Shown here in pieces: positions 9,031 to 19,610 of a stretch of 64,000 bases of DNA. Where the stretch lies: contig JAQBRD010000031.1 of assembly GCA_028286665.1 (NCBI GenBank), positions 155-64,154 on the forward strand, read 5' to 3'. A model generated the notes under the pieces. The model was given only the letters and a program-made list of their open reading frames with translations, was not told where the DNA came from and searched no databases. How positions within the stretch are numbered: the first letter of the stretch is position 1; each line of letters opens with the position of its first letter. A program made the position numbers and the translations under genes. The DNA comes from Candidatus Tayloriibacteriota bacterium (lineage in GTDB: Bacteria > Patescibacteriota > Minisyncoccia > Phycocordibacterales > PALSA-1337).

Positions 9031-11049
9031 TCACTGCGTCTGGTTGATCCGATAGAATCGGTTCTTTCCAGCGATCATCAGATCATCGAATGCCACCGTG
9101 ACATTCGTGCCTGAGAGGTTGGTCGCGAGGCTTGCCCACGAGATCTGGGTCAAGTTCGTCTTATACTCCAGATTGTATTTGTGGCCGGTCTCGGCCATGA
9201 AGGAAAGACGGATCTTTCCATTGCCTGGAAGCGTCGGCGGATTCATCCGCGGCGGTCCCGGCATCGCATTGAGCGCGATCGGCTGGCCCCATTCCGCATG
9301 GAAGCTCCCGGACAGGTTGAATACCTGAGCTCGGATCTGGGCTGCCCAGGATCCTGTCGTCGGCAGATTCAGCGTCATCGAGGTGCCGTTGGTGCCGCTT
9401 GGAGCGACTCCAGTCGTCGCCTCGAACATTTCTGATGCGGCGACGACTGCGATCTTATCGATCCACCACCCGTAGTCTTGGGTCGTGAGCGGGAAGAATG
9501 AGCCGCCTTGCGCGCATTGGTAGTCGAATCTGATCATGATCGTTTTCCCAGCGAATGCCGAGAAGTCGATCGATCGATTCGCGAAGTTGAATTCGTAATC
9601 GAAATCGCCCCCGGTGCCGGTCTGACGATAGAGTTCCGACCATGTATTGCCTTCGTCCTGGGAAACCAGGATGACTGCTGACTGACTCGAGGTCGATTTT
9701 GCGAATCGGCTCAAGAATGTCAGCTGGCTTGTCGCGCTCGGAATGACGAACCTTTTCAAGGTGATCGTCTGATGCAGCTGTCCGTCCGGACAGGCCAGAT
9801 GGAACGAATTCGTGCCGTCTATCTGGTCCTGATGTCCCGAATTGTTCGTGACAACCGAGTATCCTGGAGAAGCCTGCACCGTTATGTTCGTCAGCGACGA
9901 TGATTCGCCGCTTTCGATATATGCGTACGGTCGAAGTTTGCCTGATCGCCATTCATATCCAGTAGCCAGAGGCACCGGAACGAATGACAAGGAAGCAGCG
10001 ATCCCGACTATCACATTGGTATTGCTGCCGGCAATGAAGTTCGGCAGCACCCGATCCGCTCCGGCTATTTCCGGATCGAAGATCGTGACTGCATAGGTGA
10101 AGGTCTGCGGGCTGCCATTGATCATGACATTGCTTACCGTCACCGTGATCGAATTGTCGCCTGAAGGTTTCGGCATGAGATACCTGGCCGAAGCCGAGGA
10201 GCTCGCGTCGATATTGTCAGGAACCCAGACGATGCTGTTTTCGCCAGCGCCAGTCTGAATGGTCTCGATCCGCACCGGAACATTCGTGCCGTTGCGGATC
10301 ATCTGTATCGAATTCGTGCTGAACACTGCATTCGGATAGGAGAGAGACCATCGAGGAGGAACCAACTGGTAGGGAACATATCCCGGAGGAGGCCATGCGA
10401 CAAAACCGTATCTTGTCGAAGGCCTCGGACCGAAGATGTTCTCGTCAGATCTCAAGAGGACATTAGCGCCCTTGTACGTTCCGAGCGCAGGGACATCTCC
10501 GACGCCCATGACGAGCGTCTGCGGATAGAGCATCCAGCGCCTATGGAAGACGTTGAAGTTATTCGCCAAGCCTTCCGTCATGTATGCGCTGATCGCATCC
10601 GGACCCCATATCCCGAGGGTTATGTTGCCGAGTGCTGCCGCATTCGCTCCGGACGCCGTATAGAACAGGGAGTTTGTCGGAGGGAAGTGCGTCGCGAAGT
10701 TGTTCGCTGACATCATCAGCGCTGCCTGCTGGCATGCCGCATTCGAACTTGCGTTGAATGTGATGATGTTCGAGAGTCCTGCCATCACCCGCACGACGTT
10801 CACTCTTGCGAGCGAAGCGTTCTGCGAGTTCGACGATATCGTACCGGCTGTCCCGTTCGTGTAGTTTCCCGTCCAATCCAGCGTGATGCCGGGATAGGAG
10901 CAGTAGACTGCATTGAATAGGAGTCGGGAAGCCTCCCGACCAGGCGTTGGAGCTACGACAATCGCAGCTTGATTTGTCTGGCTGAAACCCGCGAGGGTCA
11001 GGCCGAACAAGGCTGCTATGAATAGCAGATTCGAGCATTTATTTTTCAT
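9031..11049 (-). CDS. Secreted CAP/SCP-domain protein with beta-sandwich domains and C-terminal RFYR domain
   Basis: Signal peptide; VNVVRVMAGL, CQQAALMM, HRRWML CAP motifs; C-terminal YNLEYKTNL..W...RFYR. Confidence 0.75.
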   Translation of the reverse strand: MKNKCSNLLFIAALFGLTLAGFSQTNQAAIVVAPTPGREASRLLFNAVYCSYPGITLDWTGNYTNGTAGTISSNSQNASLARVNVVRVMAGLSNIITFNASSNAACQQAALMMSANNFATHFPPTNSLFYTASGANAAALGNITLGIWGPDAISAYMTEGLANNFNVFHRRWMLYPQTLVMGVGDVPALGTYKGANVLLRSDENIFGPRPSTRYGFVAWPPPGYVPYQLVPPRWSLSYPNAVFSTNSIQMIRNGTNVPVRIETIQTGAGENSIVWVPDNIDASSSASARYLMPKPSGDNSITVTVSNVMINGSPQTFTYAVTIFDPEIAGADRVLPNFIAGSNTNVIVGIAASLSFVPVPLATGYEWRSGKLRPYAYIESGESSSLTNITVQASPGYSVVTNNSGHQDQIDGTNSFHLACPDGQLHQTITLKRFVIPSATSQLTFLSRFAKSTSSQSAVILVSQDEGNTWSELYRQTGTGGDFDYEFNFANRSIDFSAFAGKTIMIRFDYQCAQGGSFFPLTTQDYGWWIDKIAVVAASEMFEATTGVAPSGTNGTSMTLNLPTTGSWAAQIRAQVFNLSGSFHAEWGQPIALNAMPGPPRMNPPTLPGNGKIRLSFMAETGHKYNLEYKTNLTQISWASLATNLSGTNVTVAFDDLMIAGKNRFYRINQTQ

Positions 11050-11156
11050 AGATCAGAGAGTAGATTTCTGTATGGGTTTCGGACGTGGGGAATTTATTCA
11101 ACCATACAACAAAAGCTGATATTTGGCTATATCAGCTGTGCATAACACGCGTATCG

Positions 11157-11690
11157 CTAGAAAACAAAAAGCTCGATGACGAATGTTGCGAGGCTGAGCG
11201 CGATCCCGATAAAAAGCAGCTGTCGGGCTATATGGAAAAGCTTTCGTTTCGGGCGGTAGTAGAACTTGCATAGATTGTATGTCTCGACAGCGTAGTTGCG
11301 ATCGATCTCTTCCTCCGACTCGGTCATTTCTTGAGCTGCTTTCAGATAGTCGTCAGCCGAAGAGAACGATTCTATCTTCTTTCTGTACAGGAGGCTTTCA
11401 TCCTGTCCTCGCTTCCGCATCGAATGCGGCGGATGAATGGCGACGAGGCCGACAAGCGCTGCGACTGCCGAGAAAAGCATCATGAAAAGGATCGGCAGGC
11501 TTTCGCCCTTTTCGAAGATTGATGCGGTGAATGCGAAGATGGCGATGCTGATACCTATGACGATATTGATCTGGTGATCGAGGTGCTGAACCATGTCGGT
11601 TATTCGATCTAGGCTCTTCTCGATGAATCCGGAAGATTTTTCTCCAGCTTTCTCTGTTGGCAATTCTGCCCGGTATGTTTCTTGTTCCAT
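11157..11690 (-). CDS. Pycsar-effector-like (PycTM/DUF5706) membrane protein
   Basis: Three TM segments with D..I, HPP..SLLY..I, Y+L...K spacing typical of PycTM; start inferred from TGcTATACT 8 nt upstream. Confidence 0.6.
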   Translation of the reverse strand: MEQETYRAELPTEKAGEKSSGFIEKSLDRITDMVQHLDHQINIVIGISIAIFAFTASIFEKGESLPILFMMLFSAVAALVGLVAIHPPHSMRKRGQDESLLYRKKIESFSSADDYLKAAQEMTESEEEIDRNYAVETYNLCKFYYRPKRKLFHIARQLLFIGIALSLATFVIELFVF

Positions 11691-11714
11691 ATGCTGCAAG
11701 TATAGCAGTTTTTC

Positions 11715-12737
11715 CTAGAGGAGTTTTCCCAGGCCTTTCGCGTCGAGGTGCGCGTATGCTTTGTCCGTCACGGTGCGGCCGCGGGGCGTCTTCTCGAGCA
11801 AGCCGAGCTGGATAAGATACGGCTCATAAACGTCTTCGATCGTTTCCTGCTCTTCTGAAAGGGCAACCGCGATGGTGTTGAGTCCGACAGGTCCGCCTTT
11901 GAACTTATTGATGATGGTATTGAGGACTTCGCGATCAGCCGCATTGAGGCCGAGATGATCGACGCCGAGCATCGAGAGGGCCTTCTCGACGATCTCTCCG
12001 GAAAGGGATGTGTTATTGATCTGCGCATAGTCGCGGCAGCGCTTGAGGAAATAATTGGCAGTACGGGGAGTGAAACGGCTGCGCTTCGAGATCGCAGTTA
12101 CAGCGTCATCGTGAATCTCGATATTGAGGATCTTGGCGGAACGCTTCACGATCTCGCCGATCTCTTCTTCGGTATAGAATTCGAGCTTGAATACGCCGCC
12201 GGAAAATCTTGAGCGAAGCGGCGACGAAATCATGGCGATGCGCGTCGTCGCAGCGATGAGCGTGAAAGCCGGAAGCTCGAGCTGGATGGTCCGAGCCGAA
12301 GGACCCTTGCCGATGATGATGTCGAGCGTCCCTGATTCCATGGCAGGGTAGAGGACTTCCTCGATTGCCTTGTTGAGACGGTGTATTTCGTCGATGAAAA
12401 GAATGTCGCCATGCGACAGGTTCGTGAGGATCGATGCGAGATCGCCGACTTTGAGGATTGCCGGGCCCGAAGTGACCTTCATCTGCGCGCCGGTCTCCTT
12501 CGCGATGAGATGCGCGAGCGTGGTCTTGCCAAGACCTGGGGGTCCATAGAAAAGAATGTGTTCTGGCGGATGCTTCCGCTGCTCTGCGGCAGTGAGGAGC
12601 ACATGCAAGTTGTTCTTGATGTTCTTCTGACCGATGTACTCAGCCCATTTTCCTGGACGAAGGGTATTGTCGAGGTATGCCGTCTCCTTTTTCGGGTCTG
12701 CCTCAGCTGCTCGGGGGGTAGGATTGGTACTTGACAT
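11715..12737 (-). CDS. ruvB: Holliday junction branch migration helicase RuvB
   Basis: LRP, GPPGLGKTTLA, FIDEIHRL, LYPAME, YEPYL, KTPRGR. Confidence 0.98.
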   Translation of the reverse strand: MSSTNPTPRAAEADPKKETAYLDNTLRPGKWAEYIGQKNIKNNLHVLLTAAEQRKHPPEHILFYGPPGLGKTTLAHLIAKETGAQMKVTSGPAILKVGDLASILTNLSHGDILFIDEIHRLNKAIEEVLYPAMESGTLDIIIGKGPSARTIQLELPAFTLIAATTRIAMISSPLRSRFSGGVFKLEFYTEEEIGEIVKRSAKILNIEIHDDAVTAISKRSRFTPRTANYFLKRCRDYAQINNTSLSGEIVEKALSMLGVDHLGLNAADREVLNTIINKFKGGPVGLNTIAVALSEEQETIEDVYEPYLIQLGLLEKTPRGRTVTDKAYAHLDAKGLGKLL

Positions 12738-13121
12738 ATTATTTAATATATGCTAGGATACTAGTGTAAGTGACTCAGATGATTCAGAACGGTCGCTATT
12801 CAATTTTTCAGGACGAGCTCATCGAATTCACAAATCTCTAAGCAATATACGTGGTTTGCTCCGCGTATCTGACATAGTTTTGAGGACATTTTGGTTATCA
12901 CCTCGTGTGCATGTACTGGGGTTATCCTTTGGACTATGTTTAACTTTTGGTCGGCTGATTGGAAGTATTGCTTGGAGATTTCTGCATTCGATCTATGTCG
13001 AGGAACTACATACATCGTACTCCTCTCCCATTAAAATTCAATTGACAGCGAAAGTTTTGTGGTTCGTAACTGAATCCGCATCCTCGCTCACCATCATTCC
13101 GCGCTCATTCAAGTGCGGCTT

Positions 13122-13469
13122 TTATTTTTTGGCGGCGCTATTGAGTTGGTTCTGCGCTTTCTGAATTTCCATCGATTCTTTCTGCTCCTCGCGCACATCC
13201 ACGTCGATTTCGCGCTTAAGGTTCGGAATCTCGTATTGCGTACGCGTGATCTCGTTCCTTTCGGTGTTGATTTCAGCCCGGTGCTTCTTTATCTCCATAT
13301 CGAGCTTTATGACTTCCTGCTCATGCTCGCGCATCTTAGCCTGGAATTCTGTGATCTTCGAGCCGTCTTCGACGAGCTTCTTCTTGAGTTCCTCGATGTG
13401 ATCGTGGTGCTTTCGCCGTGCTTCGTTGAGCTGATCGATCATATGCTTCACGTCCATTTGCAGTGCCAT
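13122..13469 (-). CDS. Coiled-coil hypothetical protein
   Basis: Heptad-rich charged sequence downstream of pilB. Confidence 0.7.
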   Translation of the reverse strand: MALQMDVKHMIDQLNEARRKHHDHIEELKKKLVEDGSKITEFQAKMREHEQEVIKLDMEIKKHRAEINTERNEITRTQYEIPNLKREIDVDVREEQKESMEIQKAQNQLNSAAKK

Positions 13470-13506
13470 GGTATTTTTTAAAGTTAGGATTCCTGATTGA
13501 ATAATT

Positions 13507-15201
13507 CTAATCCTCAAGCCCGACCACTCGCTCGAGCTCGTCGAAGGTCGTCGTTCCCTGGAGGATCTTGATCATGCCGTCCTGCGTCATCGTGATGAGT
13601 CCTTGGGGGACTGCGGCTGCGGCGACCTCGGCTTCGCTCGGGCTGAATTCGATGACCTTCTCGACTTCAGGAGTGATCCTGATTCCTTCGTAGATTCCGA
13701 TGCGGCCTTTGTAGCCGGTCTTGTTGCACTTTGTGCATCCGTCACTCACCCATATTTTCGAATTGTTCGCCGGTATCTGAGATCTGTCGACGATCGAAGC
13801 CATCGAACTGTCGATGAGCCGCTTCATGCGGAGGATCTTCTTGTCCTCGGTCGGCGCATTGATGTCGAGTTCCTTCCTGCAGAATGGGCAGAGCTTTCGG
13901 AGGAGACGCTGCGCGAGGATGATGTTGACTGCGGAGCTGAGGATCTTCGGATTCACGCCGAGATCGCTCAGGCGGGGGAATGCTCCGGCTGCGCTGTTGG
14001 TGTGGAGCGTCGAGAAGACGAGGTGTCCGGTGAGCGCGGAGTTGATGGCGATGGAGGCTGTCTCGCCATCACGGATTTCACCGATCATGATCACGTCCGG
14101 ATCCTGTCGAAGCACTGAGCGGAGGCCTTCGACGAAGGTGTAGCCCTTGTCGTTCACCTGCGTCTGGGTGATGCCGGGGAGGTGGTATTCGATCGGGTCT
14201 TCGATGGTGATGATCTTCACTTCCTGTCCGTAGACTTTCTTCAGGAAGGCATAGAGCGTGGTGGTCTTTCCGGAACCTGTCGGACCTGTCGTGAGGAGCA
14301 TTCCTTTCGGCTTGTTGATCTCCCGCTCGATGACGGCCATGAGCTTCTCGGGGATGCCGAGCGCTTCGAGGGGAACGCCGATCGATTTCGGATTGAGGAT
14401 TCGCATCACGATGGATTCGTTGTATGCGCCAGGAAGGATCGAGGTTCGGATTTCGATATCGGCGTCGTTGATGTGCACGCTGAAGCGTCCGTCCTGCGCG
14501 CTGCTCTTGATATTGAGCTTGAGGCCGGAGAGGAGCTTGATTCGCGACGTGAGCAGGTTGAAAGTGTCCTTGTCGAAATTGAGCACGTTGATGAGCACGC
14601 CGTCGAGCCGGTATCGGAGTCGGATGTATTCTTCTTCAGGCTCGATATGGATGTCTGAAGCGTCGGTCGCGAGCGCTCCTGCGAGGATGGTCTCGAGGAT
14701 GTGCGAAACGCGATAGCTCTTCTTCGTCGAGAGGGTATTCTCCAGGATCGAAATGATCGTCGGAAGGCTCTTTGCCTGTCCGACGATCGCATTGATCTCC
14801 TCGCTCGAGATCTCGAGCGAACCCGCTTTGTTTTCTATGGCGAACGAGAGGTCCTTGTATCCGGTCCAGGCTTTTTCAAGGCTGGCTGTCGAAGTTATGT
14901 AGAGTTCAGGAAGCCAATTCTTCTCCTTCAGGCTTGCGACGACCTGAGCGACCTGCGGGCTTTCCGGTTCGCGGACGGCGACTTTCACGCGCTTGTCGAT
15001 GAGGGCGAATGCCGCAGCCTTCGAGGTTCGGGCTGTCTTTTCTTCGATGAGGCGGAGCGCGTCAGCATTCACTGAACTGATCGTGAGATCGATGTATTCG
15101 AGACCGTATTTGGCAGAGAGGTATTGCACTACCTCCTCTTCTTCCTTGTGGAGGAGGTCGGTTACTCGGCGATTCTGCTTGTCTTCATCAAATTCGATCA
15201 T
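13507..15201 (-). CDS. pilB: Type IV pilus assembly ATPase (PilB/GspE family)
   Basis: ASDIHIEP, QDGRF, GPTGSGKTTTLY, EDPIEY, LRQDPD, TGHLVFSTLH, two CxxC motifs. Confidence 0.93.
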   Translation of the reverse strand: MIEFDEDKQNRRVTDLLHKEEEEVVQYLSAKYGLEYIDLTISSVNADALRLIEEKTARTSKAAAFALIDKRVKVAVREPESPQVAQVVASLKEKNWLPELYITSTASLEKAWTGYKDLSFAIENKAGSLEISSEEINAIVGQAKSLPTIISILENTLSTKKSYRVSHILETILAGALATDASDIHIEPEEEYIRLRYRLDGVLINVLNFDKDTFNLLTSRIKLLSGLKLNIKSSAQDGRFSVHINDADIEIRTSILPGAYNESIVMRILNPKSIGVPLEALGIPEKLMAVIEREINKPKGMLLTTGPTGSGKTTTLYAFLKKVYGQEVKIITIEDPIEYHLPGITQTQVNDKGYTFVEGLRSVLRQDPDVIMIGEIRDGETASIAINSALTGHLVFSTLHTNSAAGAFPRLSDLGVNPKILSSAVNIILAQRLLRKLCPFCRKELDINAPTEDKKILRMKRLIDSSMASIVDRSQIPANNSKIWVSDGCTKCNKTGYKGRIGIYEGIRITPEVEKVIEFSPSEAEVAAAAVPQGLITMTQDGMIKILQGTTTFDELERVVGLED

Positions 15202-15426
15202 AGAGATATGCCAATAGTATACCAAGTATTCAGCCAAATAGGGCATGCGAAAAGGGCATATCTGAGGCCTCGGCAAGCCATTTGGACATGTATTGACATA
15301 TATGTTATAAATGGTATAATATACCACAGAGCAGTATCAGAAAAAACAATACAAACCCTACCGATGTGCCATGAATGAGGCCTTGTTTGGCACCATCTCA
15401 AGCACACAACGCAAGAAAACACGAAA

Positions 15427-16053
15427 ATGAAAACACTGAAAATTGTCAATTCAATCACTTTGGCCATCATCGCGATTGCGATGATGGCCTCGACTTCTAC
15501 AGCAAAGGCTTACGGCCCTTGGTACACACATACGAATGAAACGAGCACTGTTGACGTCAGTACCAATGTCAGCTGCAAGGTCGCCGTCCCGAGCAGCAAT
15601 GTTCAGGCCGTGGCTCCAAGCTCCAATTATAGTTATTCCGGTTCGACGACAACTGCGGAAGCTCAAGCGAGCGTCGGTACTACCGGCGAAGTCGGAGAAT
15701 CCCGTCTCATCAGGGAACCCATGGTCGCGAATCATAGCTACAGCCGAACATGGACCGACCATCGCACTGGCCTCACATACACCACGAATTATGTGGTGGA
15801 TCGCGTCGAACGGGACCAGGTCGTCAATACGTTCAAGCCGAACGGTACGTTCCTCGGGAGTACGGTCATTCGGACCACGGTCGTAACAACGAATAGTTAT
15901 GGAAGCGTTTCACAGAACGCCGACTTCCGCGAGCCGCAGACGTACATTCCGGTGAATGCGCCGCAAGCAAGCTATAGAGAAGGGCATTTTACGAAGAATG
16001 GGTTCTTCCGATCGCTGACTCTGCCGTTCAGCAACCATAAGAGGTCAAAGTGA
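15427..16053 (+). CDS. Secreted hypothetical protein
   Basis: Signal peptide (..STAKA/Y); S/T/V-rich; followed by hairpin ~16069-16102. Confidence 0.7.
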   Translation: MKTLKIVNSITLAIIAIAMMASTSTAKAYGPWYTHTNETSTVDVSTNVSCKVAVPSSNVQAVAPSSNYSYSGSTTTAEAQASVGTTGEVGESRLIREPMVANHSYSRTWTDHRTGLTYTTNYVVDRVERDQVVNTFKPNGTFLGSTVIRTTVVTTNSYGSVSQNADFREPQTYIPVNAPQASYREGHFTKNGFFRSLTLPFSNHKRSK

Positions 16054-16135
16054 TTGAGTTGAACTCAGAACCGCTCTCGCGCCTCATGTGCTTGAGCGGT
16101 TTCACTTTTTCATAAGAGGCTGCTATATTGGATTC

Positions 16136-16603
16136 ATGAATACGGCACCGCATCTATCGGCACGATCGACTTCGCTCGAACAGACATCGGAAATCGCTCG
16201 GCAATGGCTCGAGGCGATCGCTGCTTCGCCTGTCTCAGCTTCAGCGATAATCATCGGCCTCGATGGAAACCTCGGTTCGGGTAAGACGACTTTCACGCAG
16301 GCTGTCGCGCGGGAGCTCGGCGTCGCCGAACAGGTGACGAGCCCTACGTACGTGATCCAGAAATCCTATGCGATATTGAATCCGAGATTTTCCGCTCGTT
16401 TCAGCCGACTCATCCATATCGACGCGTATCGTCTCGAAGAGGCAAGCGAGCTCGAGGTTATCGGTTTCAGGAAGCTCGCGGCAGATCCGCGGAATCTCAT
16501 CCTCATCGAATGGCCTGAAAGGGTAGCAGCCCTCCTGCCTGCGGACATGCGCACGGTGCATTTCGCATTCGTCGATGAGACGACTCGAAGCATCGAATAT
16601 TAG
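16136..16603 (+). CDS. tsaE: tRNA threonylcarbamoyladenosine biosynthesis ATPase TsaE
   Basis: GNLGSGKTTF, VTSPTY, HIDAYRL, IEWPE. Confidence 0.96.
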   Translation: MNTAPHLSARSTSLEQTSEIARQWLEAIAASPVSASAIIIGLDGNLGSGKTTFTQAVARELGVAEQVTSPTYVIQKSYAILNPRFSARFSRLIHIDAYRLEEASELEVIGFRKLAADPRNLILIEWPERVAALLPADMRTVHFAFVDETTRSIEY

Positions 16604-17733
16604 AAGGGAATCAGTGCGCCGTTCTTATACGTATCGAGCTCTACCGGCGTGGTGCTGACCTGGTGGGTCGGGAGGAACGTGATCGGACCATTTGCGGTCG
16701 AGAATGCATGAGACTCTATATATGAGGAGACATCGGCATTGTTTCCAGTCTTCGCGATTGCTTCGGCGAGGACATAGACGGCATCGTATGATCGATTCGC
16801 GGACTTCGCAGAATCGGCATTGAATCGCGCGTGGTATCGGGCGATGAATGCAGGCGTGCTCGCTTCCCAATTGAGGACGGTTATTCCTTCGAGGAGCGAT
16901 CGGTTGTCTGCGGTGAATCCGTCGTACGAGCCTGCGTAGGTGATCATCTTCGACGTGAAGCCGAGCTCCTTCGAGCGCATGAGGAAGTTCACGGTGTCTT
17001 TGTCGACCATGTCGAGAAAGACGGTGTCGACGTGCTGCTGCTTCAATTTGGCGATAGTGGTTTTGAAGTCATTGGTATCGAAAGCCGTGTACGCTTCGTC
17101 GATGATCACGCCCTTGCCGATCTCTTTCGTTACCTGCGCGATGGTCTTCGCGATCTCTGTGCCGAAGGTTGATTTGAAATGGACGACGGCGATCTTCTGC
17201 ACGTCGTCGCGCTTCAGATAGCTCGTGACGCCGCGGATGACTTTGCTGAAATCAGTGAGCATCGAGAAGCTATTCGCATTGAATTCGAAGCCGCCTTCGA
17301 TCCTGAACTGCGTCGGCGTGATCAGGGTTGTCTTGCTATTGAGGGCAAGCGGAAGCATCGGCTGGGCAACGAAATCCCAGAGGCCGCCGATGACGGCATT
17401 TGCGTTGTCGATGCTCGTGAGCTTCGTGAAAGCCGAAACCGCGGATTTCGGGTTCGTCTGATCGTCTTCATAGATGATCCTCACTTGCCGGCCGTCGATG
17501 CCGCCTGCTGCATTGATCTCTGATGCCGCGAGATCCATGCCGTTCTTGGCGTATTCGCCGAAGCTTGCCGCCGGACCTGTGAGCGAAATGACGGCGCCGA
17601 TGACGATCGGGTTTGCTGACGCATTGCTGCCGGAATCGGCAGGGGATACGCTCGGCTTATTGAGCGCGATGACTGCTCCCGCGATGAGCGCTGCGAGCAC
17701 TATAGCTGAAATGATTGCTGATGATTTTTTCAT
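16600..17733 (-). CDS. LivJ/LivK-type (PBP1) ligand-binding protein, membrane anchored (cassette 1)
   Basis: SLTGPAASFG, INAAGGIDGR, YEDD, YDAVYVLAEAI; N-terminal TM, no lipobox. Confidence 0.92.
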   Translation of the reverse strand: MKKSSAIISAIVLAALIAGAVIALNKPSVSPADSGSNASANPIVIGAVISLTGPAASFGEYAKNGMDLAASEINAAGGIDGRQVRIIYEDDQTNPKSAVSAFTKLTSIDNANAVIGGLWDFVAQPMLPLALNSKTTLITPTQFRIEGGFEFNANSFSMLTDFSKVIRGVTSYLKRDDVQKIAVVHFKSTFGTEIAKTIAQVTKEIGKGVIIDEAYTAFDTNDFKTTIAKLKQQHVDTVFLDMVDKDTVNFLMRSKELGFTSKMITYAGSYDGFTADNRSLLEGITVLNWEASTPAFIARYHARFNADSAKSANRSYDAVYVLAEAIAKTGNNADVSSYIESHAFSTANGPITFLPTHQVSTTPVELDTYKNGALIPF

Positions 17734-17851
17734 ATGTATATATTGTTGGCGGTTAACCTGCCTATGTGTCTGACTTGCTATAATCCTACATCAATGTCAC
17801 AATATGTATATAGTTCGGCGAAAAGCGAATAACTATATATAACAACATATA

Positions 17852-18631
17852 ATGACAAACGAAACCTTTCTGGATACGCTCGGATTGAAGCCGGTGCCGA
17901 AAAGAGTGCTCATGAGCATCGTCAGCCATGGGGTTTCTACCGTTGCGGATCTGGCCTCGCGCCTCAATATTCCAAAATCATCAGTGTATGATGCGCTCGA
18001 TATGCTCGTCGGGGAAAGCCTCGTGAACGAATATGGAGATGAACGAGGGAAGACATTCGGCATTTCTGACAAAGAGCAGCTCGCTCGCGTGCATAAGAAA
18101 AAGATGGACGAATTGCAGGGCGCGCATTCGGCGCTGCTGTCGTTCATTCAGAATCACGGCGCCGATGACAGCGTCGCCAAGCCGAAGATGAAATTCTATG
18201 CAGGAACGCTCGGGATGAAGCAGGCTTTCCGCGACATGCCATGGTCGAAGAAATATACTGAGACATATCTTATGTGGCCGATGAAGGACATGCTTGATTC
18301 GCTCGGCGAAGAATTCCTCCATTGGCATGGGAAGCAGCGCTTTCAATATGATGTGATCATCAATTGCATCGAGAAGCATAGCGATCGGTCGCTGCAGCAT
18401 GGAAAGGGCGACAAGTACGCATGGCTCGAGAACAACCTGAAGAAGAATCTCGCGCGGATACGTTTCATGCCGAAGGGAACTGATTGGAAAATGAGCTATT
18501 GGATCTATGGCGACAAATGCCTATTTGCGAGCGGCGGCAGCGAAAAATTCGCCTTCATAATCCATAGCAAGGAATTCAGCGACATGATGAAGCTCATGTG
18601 GCAGAGCGTATGGGAGAAGGCGAGGGACTGA
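17852..18631 (+). CDS. TrmB-family transcriptional regulator (cassette 1)
   Basis: LGL start, wHTH with KSSVYDAL; coiled linker, KFYAG..G; C-terminal PLD-like effector domain (IYGDK...IIHS). Confidence 0.88.
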   Translation: MTNETFLDTLGLKPVPKRVLMSIVSHGVSTVADLASRLNIPKSSVYDALDMLVGESLVNEYGDERGKTFGISDKEQLARVHKKKMDELQGAHSALLSFIQNHGADDSVAKPKMKFYAGTLGMKQAFRDMPWSKKYTETYLMWPMKDMLDSLGEEFLHWHGKQRFQYDVIINCIEKHSDRSLQHGKGDKYAWLENNLKKNLARIRFMPKGTDWKMSYWIYGDKCLFASGGSEKFAFIIHSKEFSDMMKLMWQSVWEKARD

Positions 18632-18634
18632 TAT

Positions 18635-19219
18635 TTATTCGAAGACCGATTTCCTGATGAGGTCGGCTTCATCAGTGAAGATGTGCGATCTGATGCCGAC
18701 GCTCTCGGCTGCTTTCACATTCTTTTCCTGATCATCGAAGTAGAGGCAATCGCTCGGGCGTATGTCATGCTCAGCAAGGATGCTCGTCCATGCGCGAATG
18801 TCTGGTTTGACGAAGCCGGTCTGCCAGGAGAAATAGACCTTATCGACTGCCTCGTGGACCCATGGATAGCTGCCGTAGTACTCGGCACGCTCCTTGAAGT
18901 TGTTGGAGAGAATGAAGACTTTGATGCCCTTGCCGCGGAGTTCCTTCGCGAAAGCGACCATGGCATCTGAAACCTTTTCAGCTTTGAACCAATAGTCCCA
19001 GAATTCTTGCTCGGTCAGATTGATATTCCACGCTCTGAGCGCAGGTTCCCAGTAGTCGAATGATCGGCCGGCGTTTGGCTGGCGCGATTTGGCCATGATC
19101 TCGGAAAGCTTCGGGACGAATTCTGAAACAGGAATGCCGAAATCCTTCTCGAACCGCTCGCTGAGCTTCGGTGCTTGGAGGAATATGCCGTTAAGGTCGA
19201 AAATGATTGCTTTGTTCAT
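18635..19219 (-). CDS. HAD-superfamily phosphatase
   Basis: IIFDLNG, ILSN, KPD, FDD..NV..A..G. Confidence 0.9.
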   Translation of the reverse strand: MNKAIIFDLNGIFLQAPKLSERFEKDFGIPVSEFVPKLSEIMAKSRQPNAGRSFDYWEPALRAWNINLTEQEFWDYWFKAEKVSDAMVAFAKELRGKGIKVFILSNNFKERAEYYGSYPWVHEAVDKVYFSWQTGFVKPDIRAWTSILAEHDIRPSDCLYFDDQEKNVKAAESVGIRSHIFTDEADLIRKSVFE

Positions 19220-19224
19220 TTCTT

Positions 19225-19575
19225 TTATTCTTTGCCGACGATGAGATGCAGGTGGAAATGCGCCGGGACTGACTTGTTCTTCGTCGTTGCCTCTATTATA
19301 TAGTCATATTCAGGATGGACAACGGCTGCCTTGAGTTGCTGGTATTCTTTCAGCTCTGCTTCATTGAGGCCGGTTTCCGTTACGTGTCTGATCGGAATGA
19401 GCATATGATGCGTTTTTGCGATGAGGTCGTAGGGGAATTTGTTGCCGGTTATTTTCCAGTGAGCGAATGTTCTTAATGCAGGCTTTTCGCAAAGAGGGCA
19501 CGCGCCGCTCGGAGCAGCGCTCTGCTGGTATTCCTTATGCTGCTGCTTCATTTCCGGTGTTCGCAATGAGGGCAT
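19225..19575 (-). CDS. HIT-family hydrolase
   Basis: CPLC, NKFPY, HFHLH. Confidence 0.88.
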   Translation of the reverse strand: MPSLRTPEMKQQHKEYQQSAAPSGACPLCEKPALRTFAHWKITGNKFPYDLIAKTHHMLIPIRHVTETGLNEAELKEYQQLKAAVVHPEYDYIIEATTKNKSVPAHFHLHLIVGKE

Positions 19576-19610
19576 GTTTTTCGTGGTTAATTATTGATGA
19601 ATGGCAGCAT

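Noticed and set aside
12800-13015. 71-aa ORF with GGAGAGGAG upstream, between ruvB and the coiled-coil gene
   Set aside because: No recognisable motif and a competing ORF on the other strand; cannot support a call.
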